Shown one piece after another: positions 19,767 to 27,682 of a stretch of 32,023 bases of DNA (the stretch's first letter is position 1; every line of letters begins with the position of its first letter). Both the position numbers and the translations under genes were made by a program. A model generated the notes under the pieces. It ran no database searches. It was not told where the DNA came from and was given only the letters and a program-made list of their open reading frames with translations. Source of the stretch: Gemmatimonadota bacterium (GTDB lineage Bacteria > Gemmatimonadota > Gemmatimonadetes > Gemmatimonadales > GWC2-71-9); contig JBDHAB010000033.1 of the NCBI GenBank assembly GCA_039588295.1, positions 1 through 32,023 on the forward strand, in the 5' to 3' direction.

Positions 19767-20070
19767 CGATGGGCTCCCCACCTGAACCACGTCCTCTTCC
19801 CACGTCCACTCCCCCGGAGTTCAGCATGTACGAGGAGCCGCCCTGCAAGGTGGCGACGTCACAACACTCTACCGGCCAACCGGTTGGCTGTGATTGCCGA
19901 CCATTCCATTTCAGTGGTTGCATTGCTACCATTCTTGTCGGCGACGGTCCGGCGCCGTATCAGCCATAGGGGCAAATGCAACGGGCAAAAGCAGTTGGGG
20001 TGATGCACGGTCCTTGTGCCCTGGCTGCCCCGGTTCCACAATCCACCGTTACACAGCGAGGAGATTGGCA

Positions 20071-20487
20071 ATGAGGAAGCTCCGTTCAATCCGCTATTCA
20101 ACGTTCTTCGTGCTTGCGGCTCTCATCCCGGCCGTCGTTACCTGTGGGGACAGCTTCGAGCCCCCGGAAGGCCTCGTCGGCACGTGGAACGCCACGGCGA
20201 TCGTCGTTGACGGCGTCGACTACGCGCTCGAGGGCATGACCCTGAGCTTCACCTTTGATGCTGACGCCGAGTACTCGTTCACGGTGACCAACGATGGATT
20301 CGGCTTCTGTGATCCCGACCCCAATTGCAGCGACTTTGGCGACTTCACGACGACGGCGACTCAACTCACCTTCGACCCCGGAACCATCGACGAGGAGACC
20401 TTCAGCTACACGGTTGCGGGCAACACGCTGACCGTCTCGGGCACGATCGACGGATCCGCGTTTACCTTCACGTTCCAAAAACAATAG
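20071..20487 (+). CDS. Lipoprotein with a lipocalin-like beta-barrel
   Basis: GAGGAG RBS, ATG 20071, signal ending AVVTC, LVGTW motif followed by alternating beta strands. Confidence 0.78.
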   Translation: MRKLRSIRYSTFFVLAALIPAVVTCGDSFEPPEGLVGTWNATAIVVDGVDYALEGMTLSFTFDADAEYSFTVTNDGFGFCDPDPNCSDFGDFTTTATQLTFDPGTIDEETFSYTVAGNTLTVSGTIDGSAFTFTFQKQ

Positions 20488-20532
20488 CCGAGCTGGACCT
20501 TCAAGCTCGATCCACTTCCCTCACTCAGTCTT

Positions 20533-20563
20533 CCGCCCGGCCCCGCGCCGGGCGGTTTTGTTT
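20533..20563 (+). terminator. Rho-independent terminator
   Basis: Perfect 9-bp stem CCGCCCGGC / GCCGGGCGG, 5-nt loop, followed by TTTTGTTT. Lies downstream of the lipocalin-like gene. Confidence 0.8.
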
Positions 20564-20582
20564 GCAGACTGGCATGCGGCAT

Positions 20583-21920
20583 TCACGCCGTGCCGGGAAC
20601 CGGGATCACCGCCCGCACCAGATTCGAGGGGCCAAACACCATGCGGTCGGGGCCCAGCTTGAGATCCGACTCCATCATCTCGTCCCAGGTGACTTCCTGA
20701 CCGGTGTAACACGAGATCCGGCCCATGATCGCCGTCATGGTTGAGACGGCGGTCCGGCCGGCTTCGTTCACCGGTTGGCCGGTGCGGATTGCGGTCACCA
20801 AGTCGATGTGCTCCTGCTTATAGGGCTTCGGCCGGATCTCGTTCTCTTCCTCGTCCAACTCGTACGGGTACTTCCACTCCTGGCTGCCATCGGTCCGCCA
20901 GATCTCGTCTTCGCAATTGGTGTAACCCTTGGTGCCCCGCACGAACTCCGAGACGTTGTCCGCGCAGCCGGCAATCTGCCGGCACATGCTGTGGACGTGT
21001 ACGTCGTTCTCGAAGGTGAAGTCGATGCTGAAGAAGTCGTACTGGTCTCCGCTGGGACGGCGCCAGCGCCCACCCACTCCAACCGCTTTCTCCGGGTGGC
21101 CGTCGCCGAGGAACCAGTGCATCACGTCCAGGTTGTGCACGTGCTGCTCCACGATGTGGTCGCCCGAGAGCCAGGTCCAATTCACCCAGTCGCGCAGCAT
21201 GTACTCGACGTCGCTCCAGGCCCGCTGGCGGTCCCGCCACCACGGGACCCGGCCGTTCCAGTAACAGTTGGCCGCGACGACGTCACCGATGGTCCCGCGA
21301 GTGATGTTGCGGAAGGTCTCGAGGTAGTTGGCCTGATGACGGCGCTGGGTGCCCGTGACGATACACAGGCCGAGGCCGTCGGCCGTGCGGGATGAGGCCA
21401 TGACCGAGCGTGCGCCGACCGGGTCGACCGCGACCGGCTTCTCCATGAACACGTGCTTGCGGGCGTCCACGCAGGCTTCAAAGTGCTGTGGTCGGAAGTA
21501 CGGCGGCGTCGCGAGCAGCACGATGTCCACGTCCGTCTCGAGCAGACGCTGGTAGGCGTCGAACCCGACGAAGCAGCGTTCCTCGGGTACCTCCACGCCT
21601 TTCTCCTCGCGCAGGGTGTCACGGCAGCTATCCAGCCGGTCGCGGAATACGTCGGCCAACGCAACGATCTCTAGGTTGGGGCCGGCGTCCAGAAAGTCCT
21701 GTGCGGCGCCGGTACCGCGTCCGCCGCAGCCCACGAGTCCCGCTTTCAGTGGGGGACCGTCCGGCGCTCCTTCGAGGAGTGGTGGCCATGGGTAGTCGGC
21801 ATATTGCTCTCCACCATCTGCGCAACCGGCGACCATCGCGCCCACGACCCCCGCCGCGCCGATCAGTCCGACCGTCTCGATGAACTCGCGCCGGTTGGGT
21901 CCGTCATGTGTCTTCCTCAC
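20583..21920 (-). CDS. Gfo/Idh/MocA-family oxidoreductase, Tat-exported (probable Tat lipoprotein)
   Basis: GGAGGGAGG RBS, GTG start, NRREFIE twin-arginine motif plus VAGC lipobox. GLVGCGGRGTGA, LATPPYFRP, HVFMEKP, GDHIVEQHVHNLD. Confidence 0.92.
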   Translation of the reverse strand: MRKTHDGPNRREFIETVGLIGAAGVVGAMVAGCADGGEQYADYPWPPLLEGAPDGPPLKAGLVGCGGRGTGAAQDFLDAGPNLEIVALADVFRDRLDSCRDTLREEKGVEVPEERCFVGFDAYQRLLETDVDIVLLATPPYFRPQHFEACVDARKHVFMEKPVAVDPVGARSVMASSRTADGLGLCIVTGTQRRHQANYLETFRNITRGTIGDVVAANCYWNGRVPWWRDRQRAWSDVEYMLRDWVNWTWLSGDHIVEQHVHNLDVMHWFLGDGHPEKAVGVGGRWRRPSGDQYDFFSIDFTFENDVHVHSMCRQIAGCADNVSEFVRGTKGYTNCEDEIWRTDGSQEWKYPYELDEEENEIRPKPYKQEHIDLVTAIRTGQPVNEAGRTAVSTMTAIMGRISCYTGQEVTWDEMMESDLKLGPDRMVFGPSNLVRAVIPVPGTA

Positions 21921-21936
21921 CGTTCGCCTCCCTCCC

Positions 21937-23487
21937 TCATTGTTCCTCGCCTGAATCATTGAACTCGCGTACCACTCGGAATCCTACATCCGTGCAGTCG
22001 GAATACCACCAACGGCTCTTTGGGCTCTGCGGGTCGCTCAGGAGACACGCCGTGCGACGGGTGCTATCCCGGACAGCCGCACGAACGTCGGCCGGATCAC
22101 TGCGGAACGAACCGCCCCGCACGACATGCCCTGTTCCCGTTGCCGCTCCTCGGGGATCCACGACGGCCATGGTGGTATCGCGGTCGCGGTACGTGTCAGG
22201 CGCGTACCAATCCAGTGTGAACTCGCGGACATTGCCAAGCATGTTCACGAGCCCAAACGCATTGGGTGCGACGTCCGATGGCGACTGGGTACGACCGGTG
22301 CTGTTGCCGGCGTGGATCACAAAGCTGTCCAATGTTTTCGTGTCCCGGCCGAGAAGCCGGTTCCAGAACCGCCGCTTCGTGTAGCGCGTGGGGCTTCCCT
22401 CGAAAAAGTAGGGTGTCGAGGTCCCCGCCCGGGCGGCGTACTCCCATTCCGCTTCGGTTGGCAGTCGGTAGCGCCGGCCGGTCACCGCCGAGAGCCACCG
22501 GCAGTATTGTTGGGCAGCATGGTGCGTCATGGTGATCGCCGGACGGTTCCCTTTGCCCCAGCCCTGATCGGGCGGCACGTAGGGCGGGGTGGCGCCGGTG
22601 ATGGCGTCGACGTCCTCCTCTTCCATGAGCCGGGTGTCGCTGCGGCCTTCCGCACGCGTCGCACGATACCATGACTCGAACTCGTCCCACGTGACCTCGA
22701 CGCGTCCCATCCAGAAGGGGCTGACCGCGACCGAGTGCATCGGGCCCTCGTCCGCCCGGCGGTACGGCTCCGACTCGGGACTGCCCATCCGGAACGTCCC
22801 TCCCGAAATCGCCACCATGTCGAACGACACGCTCGTGCCGGGAATGAACTCCGTGTAGTCAACGAATCCCTCGACCACCGCGGGCGCGTCATAGATCTCG
22901 GCCTCGCCGAACGCGACGAGACCGAAATCGATCTCCTCCGCATCGGGATCGTAGTGTCCCACGTGCAAGTGGCACTTGATGCAACGCAGCTCCTGCTCGT
23001 GCCGCTCATAGTGGAGGTGGGCTTCCTCCCCTTCGTCGGTGAGTTCCACGGGAAAGAGGTTCGGGTGGCAGTCCACGCACGATGCTCGAAAGACGTGACT
23101 GCTGGCGTGCTCGAGTTGAGAACGCTCCTCCCAGTGGGAGCTGTCCTGATCCCGGAAGACGGTCCCAAAGGCGTCGCGGATCCCCAGTCTGGTCTTGTGG
23201 GCGGCGTAGGCAACCCCACCGGGTGGCAAGTGACACTCCACGCAGTGCACTACTGTGCCGCTCTTGGTCGCGTAGTGCGTAGATTGCCGCCAGGACGTCG
23301 TGGCCTGGGGATGGACATGGCACGACTCGCAGAAACGATCGGTCGAGGTGAGGCCGTTTCCGCCGCGGACCAGGAGCAGTGCCACGATCCCAACTGCGAC
23401 GCCCCAGATGAATGGGCGGCGCAGCGTGCGCCCCACGGCGGAGGCCGCGGCTCCGATCGTCTTCAGGACCTTCGGAAGCCAGGGCAA
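21937..23487 (-). CDS. Fusion of a NapC/NirT-type membrane-anchored tetraheme cytochrome c and an FGE-sulfatase (SUMF1/EgtB/PvdO)-like domain
   Basis: N-terminal TM helix, TSTDRFCESCH, and four CxxCH motifs (CESCH, CVECH, CVDCH, CIKCH). Then FRMGS, RLPTEAEWEYAARAG, PNAFGLVNMLGNVRE, RGGSF, VGFRVVR. TTG start is uncertain. Confidence 0.87.
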   Translation of the reverse strand: MPWLPKVLKTIGAAASAVGRTLRRPFIWGVAVGIVALLLVRGGNGLTSTDRFCESCHVHPQATTSWRQSTHYATKSGTVVHCVECHLPPGGVAYAAHKTRLGIRDAFGTVFRDQDSSHWEERSQLEHASSHVFRASCVDCHPNLFPVELTDEGEEAHLHYERHEQELRCIKCHLHVGHYDPDAEEIDFGLVAFGEAEIYDAPAVVEGFVDYTEFIPGTSVSFDMVAISGGTFRMGSPESEPYRRADEGPMHSVAVSPFWMGRVEVTWDEFESWYRATRAEGRSDTRLMEEEDVDAITGATPPYVPPDQGWGKGNRPAITMTHHAAQQYCRWLSAVTGRRYRLPTEAEWEYAARAGTSTPYFFEGSPTRYTKRRFWNRLLGRDTKTLDSFVIHAGNSTGRTQSPSDVAPNAFGLVNMLGNVREFTLDWYAPDTYRDRDTTMAVVDPRGAATGTGHVVRGGSFRSDPADVRAAVRDSTRRTACLLSDPQSPKSRWWYSDCTDVGFRVVREFNDSGEEQ

Positions 23488-23497
23488 GGCGGGCGCG

Positions 23498-24445
23498 TCA
23501 GGCTATTTGGAAGGTCTGTTTTGCCCACGCCACGTTCGCGCGGGTATCCTCCAGGAAGCGGTTCTCGCGGCCACTCGTCTCCAGCACCAGCCACTTGTCG
23601 TAGCCGATGTCGTGCAACGCCGCGGCAGCGCCCGGCATGTCCACCATCCCCTTGTCGCTCCCCAACAGCGGGGTGCGCCAATCCTTGAGGTGGACCTCGC
23701 AGATCCGGTCGTTCCCGAGCATCCGCAGCTCGCCCGGCACGTCGTACCCGTTGCCGGTGGAATTGCCAAGGTCGTAGTACACCTGCAGCCATTCCGACCC
23801 CACTCGGTCGATGATCTCGAGGTTCTGACGTGCCGTGATGGTGTTCTCCAGTCCCAACACGACTCGCGCATCCCGGGCGCGAGGCACGATCTGCCTCAGC
23901 GTCTCGACGACACTCGTGACCTTGTCTTCGTCCAGGCGGTAGGAGGCGAAGCCACCCTCGGACTCGTTGACCCGTTCACCGTTCTCATCGCTGAATCGCA
24001 GGTCGCCGTTGCCGAAGAAGGCCATGAGTACGTTGCCCGCACCGAGCGCCGCCGCCGCCTCGATGGCATCGACCAACCAGACGGTCGCCCGGGGTTGGTC
24101 CGCCAGGGGATTGCCGTTGAGCAAGCCAAGTGCGACGGAATGAAACGTGATCCCGTGCTGTCGACCCAGCTCGAGGTACCGCTGCCGGACGGCGGGGTCG
24201 CGCAGCACAATCTCCTCCGGGGTCCGTCCCAGGCTCACCTGGATTCCCTCCAGGCCGGCCTCAGCCGCCGCCGGAACCTTCTCGGGATCGCACATCGCCT
24301 CCGGTCCGAGGTTCCAGTCACAGATCCCAATCCCGGCCGGTCGCACGCGCGATCGAGCGTTCGTCGAAAACGCGGTGAGGGTCCCCACCGAGGAAGCGGC
24401 GGCCAACGCGATACCGGTGTGCTCCAGGAAGCGTCTGCGGTCCAT
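23498..24445 (-). CDS. Tat-exported sugar-phosphate isomerase/epimerase (xylose-isomerase-like TIM barrel)
   Basis: MDRRRFLE Tat motif. Metal-ligand motifs LGLEN, YYDLGN, EVHLKD, GYDKWLVLET. GAGG RBS. Confidence 0.9.
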   Translation of the reverse strand: MDRRRFLEHTGIALAAASSVGTLTAFSTNARSRVRPAGIGICDWNLGPEAMCDPEKVPAAAEAGLEGIQVSLGRTPEEIVLRDPAVRQRYLELGRQHGITFHSVALGLLNGNPLADQPRATVWLVDAIEAAAALGAGNVLMAFFGNGDLRFSDENGERVNESEGGFASYRLDEDKVTSVVETLRQIVPRARDARVVLGLENTITARQNLEIIDRVGSEWLQVYYDLGNSTGNGYDVPGELRMLGNDRICEVHLKDWRTPLLGSDKGMVDMPGAAAALHDIGYDKWLVLETSGRENRFLEDTRANVAWAKQTFQIA

Positions 24446-24568
24446 GATCGGGTCACCTCGTTCTGGGGTCGGATCCGGAACCCGGGGTTCTCATCGCCTA
24501 AGATGGCGGTTGCGATGCGGTTGGACTAGATGGCTCGAACCCTCGAGCCCCGCGCAGATGGGTCACGC

Positions 24569-24603
24569 CAAAGCCCCGTTGTCTCGGAGGCAACGGGGCT
24601 TTG
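24569..24603. terminator. Strong hairpin; probable (bidirectional-type) terminator downstream of htpX
   Basis: CAAAGCCCCGTTG...CAACGGGGCTTTG inverted repeat of 13 bp, about 30 nt after the htpX stop. The U-tracts are short. Confidence 0.7.
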
Positions 24604-24634
24604 CGGTGACACCGAGCGCTGATGCTGAGGCCCC

Positions 24635-25468
24635 TTAGCGGTTCTGGAGCCGCGCGATCCGCTGCTCCAGTGGTGGATGCGTGCTCATCAGCTTGAGCAG
24701 TCCTTCGCCACGGATACCGAAGGCGGTCAGACTGTCGGGTAACTGCGAGGGCGCGTCTTTGAGGGACCGGAGCCGGTCCAGCGCGGCGGCCATGGCCGTC
24801 GCGCTCTCGAGTTGTGCGCCGCCCGCGTCCGCCCGAAACTCTCGGCGGCGTGAAAACCACGCCACAATGATGCTCGCGATGATTCCGAACACCATTTGGA
24901 GACCGATGTAGATCAGGAAGCGGCCGCGGCCAAACTGGCTCGCGATGATCCGCGCGATGAACAGCACGAACGTGTTGAGCACACCCTGAATGAGGGTGAG
25001 CGTCACCATGTCCCCATTGACGACGTGCGACACCTCGTGGCCGAGCACCGCCTCGATCTCCTGCTTGCTCATCAGTCTCAGCAAACCCGTGCTCACGGCG
25101 ACGAGGGCGCTGTTGCGGAACATGCCGGTGGCAAAGGCGTTGGGGTCCGGAGAGTCGAAGACCGCAACCTCTGGCATCCCGATCCCAGCTTGTCGCGCTT
25201 GCCGCTGAACCGTATCGACGAGCCAGCGCTCGACATCATTGGAGGGGGTTTCGATGACGTGTGCGCGGGTCGAGCGTTTCGCCACCCATTTCGAAATCGC
25301 CAGCGAAAAGAACGCCCCGCCGAAGCCGAAGAGCGCGCACCAGATCAGCAGCTGCACGTAGGGGGCGTTCTGGGGGATGACTCCCAGGGCGGTCAGCACC
25401 GCCATCGCGATGGCCGCCATCAGCAAGACAGCCACGTTTGTCGCTAGAAACAACACGATTCTCAGCAT
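24635..25468 (-). CDS. htpX: Protease HtpX (M48 zinc metalloprotease)
   Basis: MLRIVLFLATNVAV, SKWVAKRS, PNAFATG, AVSTGLL, AVLGHEVSHVVNGDMVTLTLIQGVLNTFV, FSRRREFRAD, STHPPLEQRI. Confidence 0.96.
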   Translation of the reverse strand: MLRIVLFLATNVAVLLMAAIAMAVLTALGVIPQNAPYVQLLIWCALFGFGGAFFSLAISKWVAKRSTRAHVIETPSNDVERWLVDTVQRQARQAGIGMPEVAVFDSPDPNAFATGMFRNSALVAVSTGLLRLMSKQEIEAVLGHEVSHVVNGDMVTLTLIQGVLNTFVLFIARIIASQFGRGRFLIYIGLQMVFGIIASIIVAWFSRRREFRADAGGAQLESATAMAAALDRLRSLKDAPSQLPDSLTAFGIRGEGLLKLMSTHPPLEQRIARLQNR

Positions 25469-25645
25469 TCAACGCTCTCCTTCGAGGCCCTAACCGTATT
25501 GCGGGCCCAAACCTAAACCCCCGCAACCCGACGACAACCGTTGCGTCTTTCACGGCACGGTACGAGACGAATACCGTGAAGGTCCGGCACCGGCCCTCAC
25601 ACTACGCTCGCCGTTGCCGTGCCTCCGTGGCGTTACGAGTGATGA

Positions 25646-25891
25646 TTACGCGGGATATTCAATGATCCCGAATCCAGGGTCCTCCGAATCATCATCCAGT
25701 TCATCCAGGGATGCAGGCTCGGTGGAGCCGGCACTGGTGATGCTGCCCGACAGGCTCCGGAGGTCTACTTCGCGGAGTTCAGACGGAGTAAACCTGAATC
25801 CATGTCGCTCGGCGAACTCTACGAGGGCCTGGCGCAAGTTCCCGTCTTCCGCCACCTGGTTGAGAAATGCAGCGATAGCCTTTCTGGACAT
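25646..25891 (-). CDS. Nif11-like leader peptide family protein (putative RiPP precursor), 81 aa
   Basis: AGGAGGT RBS. MSRKAIAAFLNQVAEDGNLRQAL...AERHGFRFTPSEL matches the Nif11 pattern (FL..v..D..L...L; GF.FT.xEL). DLRSLSGS resembles a double-glycine cleavage site and is followed by an acidic tail. Confidence 0.72.
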   Translation of the reverse strand: MSRKAIAAFLNQVAEDGNLRQALVEFAERHGFRFTPSELREVDLRSLSGSITSAGSTEPASLDELDDDSEDPGFGIIEYPA

Positions 25892-26051
25892 GGCGACCTC
25901 CTGGCGAGCGTACTGCGGATACTCGCAATCTGCGGTTTGCCTCCGGTGCCAGCAAGTCCTGGTGCCAGGTGTGATTTGCCATGACCACCGCCCTTGACGC
26001 GGCCTTGACGGCGCGAGCGCATCGTAGTGCACGGGAAACAAGGAGGCCACG

Positions 26052-26585
26052 ATGCGTCGCATCACGATTCTCATCCTCATTGCGGAGGCCACGCTTGTGA
26101 CCGCCAGCGTCGCTCAGGTATCGCCGCAGTTGTTTCGCGGGCAACGCGTCCGGGTGACAGCGCCCGATCTCGGTATCCGGCACCAGGAAGCGTGGTTCGT
26201 GGCGTTGCATGGGGACACTCTGATCCTGACCGCGGACACCGCCGTGATGTGCCCGTTCTCCGCTCTGGAGCGGCTCGAGATTCGGCAAGCAGGGAAATCG
26301 CTTAAGTGGCTTGGAGCCGGAATCGGGTTTGTCGTGGGCGCCGCAACCGGCGCACTGCTCGGGTGGGCGTCGGGAGATGACAAGTCCGGGTTCTTCCGAT
26401 GGACTGCTGGTGAAAAGGCGGCAATGGCGGCCTGGGCGCTCGGAGTCGTGGGTGGCGTGGTGGGAGCCATAGTGGGAGACCGCTACAAGACGGTGCGCTG
26501 GCGGGAATTTCCGCTCGACCGCATGCGCGTGAGCATCGTGCCGCAGCACCGTGGCTTCGCGCTCGCGGCGGCCGTCCGCTTCTAG
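26052..26585 (+). CDS. Hypothetical exported protein with glycine-zipper helices and a terminal Phe
   Basis: AGGAGG RBS, signal peptide ending SVAQ, GQRVRVTAP, GAGIGFVVGAATGALLG and GVVGGVVGAIVG glycine zippers, ends AAAVRF. Confidence 0.8.
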   Translation: MRRITILILIAEATLVTASVAQVSPQLFRGQRVRVTAPDLGIRHQEAWFVALHGDTLILTADTAVMCPFSALERLEIRQAGKSLKWLGAGIGFVVGAATGALLGWASGDDKSGFFRWTAGEKAAMAAWALGVVGGVVGAIVGDRYKTVRWREFPLDRMRVSIVPQHRGFALAAAVRF

Positions 26586-26703
26586 CAACGCGCCGCCGGT
26601 ACAACTTGCCGCTTCCCCATCCCGGTGCATGTTTGTCCCAAGGCCGGTTGTCGCTTGGGGCTACGGCGACGCGCTCGACGCACTGCAACGGGAGTGACCC
26701 CTC

Positions 26704-27263
26704 ATGGCTCGCATGTATCGGGCACAAAGGCAGGCGTTCCCCAGAACGGTCGCGTGGCTGCGGCAGATGCGTACCACGATCCCCAATCGGGATGGCGGAC
26801 GGATCTGGAGGGCGTTCGTTGAGTATGGGCAGTTTTCGGAACAGGAGGCGCTACGGGCTTGTCCTGGGGACGGGACCCTCTCGTCCGAGTCGCGCGACTT
26901 GGCTCACAGACGCTCGGATTGTTTGTTCGGCGTGCTCCCACTGCCATCATGATTTCCCGCGCTGTCGTCGGCCCGTACGAACGGGCGCCCCATCGTCGCG
27001 CCAACGAACTGTGCCTCGAGGCCATCGTGCTCCACGAACTGGTTCATTGGGGGGATTGGCGAGCCGACAGGGCCCGGAGGCCGGATATCGTCCAGGGGGG
27101 AACGCGGTTGGACGCGGGAGACCAGTTTGAGGTCGCGGCCTACGGGTCCAACGTAGGGCAACCAGCCTCCTTCGATTTGTACATACGGCGCCAGCACCTG
27201 GAACAAGAGCGGGCGCGCGACCGAGAATTCGATGAGACCTTCGGGCGGCTAACAGACATATAA
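26704..27263 (+). pseudogene. Stand-alone zincin metallopeptidase (Tox-MPTase3-like), frameshifted near 26858
   Basis: Frame 1: MARMYRAQRQAFPRTVAWL...QFSEQEALRA. Frame 2: LSWGRDPLVRV...LEAIVLHELVHWGD...DAGDQFEVAAYG. Adding one base at about 26858 gives a continuous protein of about 186 aa with HExxH. Confidence 0.62.
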
Positions 27264-27682
27264 CATAGCTCGAACCAGCCGCCTCGTTGTTCGCGACGCT
27301 TGCGTCGGCGGCACCCGTACTGCCTTGACTTCCCCACCAGGCCGGCGAGCACCCCGCACACACGTGCCACATTGGGCGAGTGTCCTCAGCAACGACGCCA
27401 GGAAATGGCAACGGTCTCACGCGGGCTGGCCCGAAGAAATGGGTAGCGCGTGACGGGAACCGGTATTGATGTCTCAATTCTGACAAACGATGCCCCAAAC
27501 AGGGTCTACCCCAGGAGGGCTCCAGCGGCTATGCTGGGCGCATCATCAGCTCGTCGGCGTCCGTGGCCCGTCACGTCCCTCGCGCGGCCACTGTTGCTGC
27601 GCGGAGCTTTCGGATGAGAATTCGTGCATTCCTGCATTCCCGATCCGACGACGACAGCCTACCGCTCTCGGAGGAGGTAGCC

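Noticed and set aside
19965..20040. GGGCAAA...GCAAAAG motif reminiscent of a c-di-GMP-I riboswitch
   Set aside because: I could not fold the GNRA-capped stem or the GACGCAAA/tetraloop-receptor element. An Rfam scan would be decisive.
25951..25968. Sigma-54-like TGGCAC...TTGC on the minus strand upstream of the Nif11-like gene
   Set aside because: The GG-to-GC spacing is 11 nt instead of the strictly required 10.
27264..27682. Long intergenic region upstream of the M4 protease with a TCACGCG/CGCGTGA inverted repeat
   Set aside because: No recognisable ncRNA family or credible ORF.
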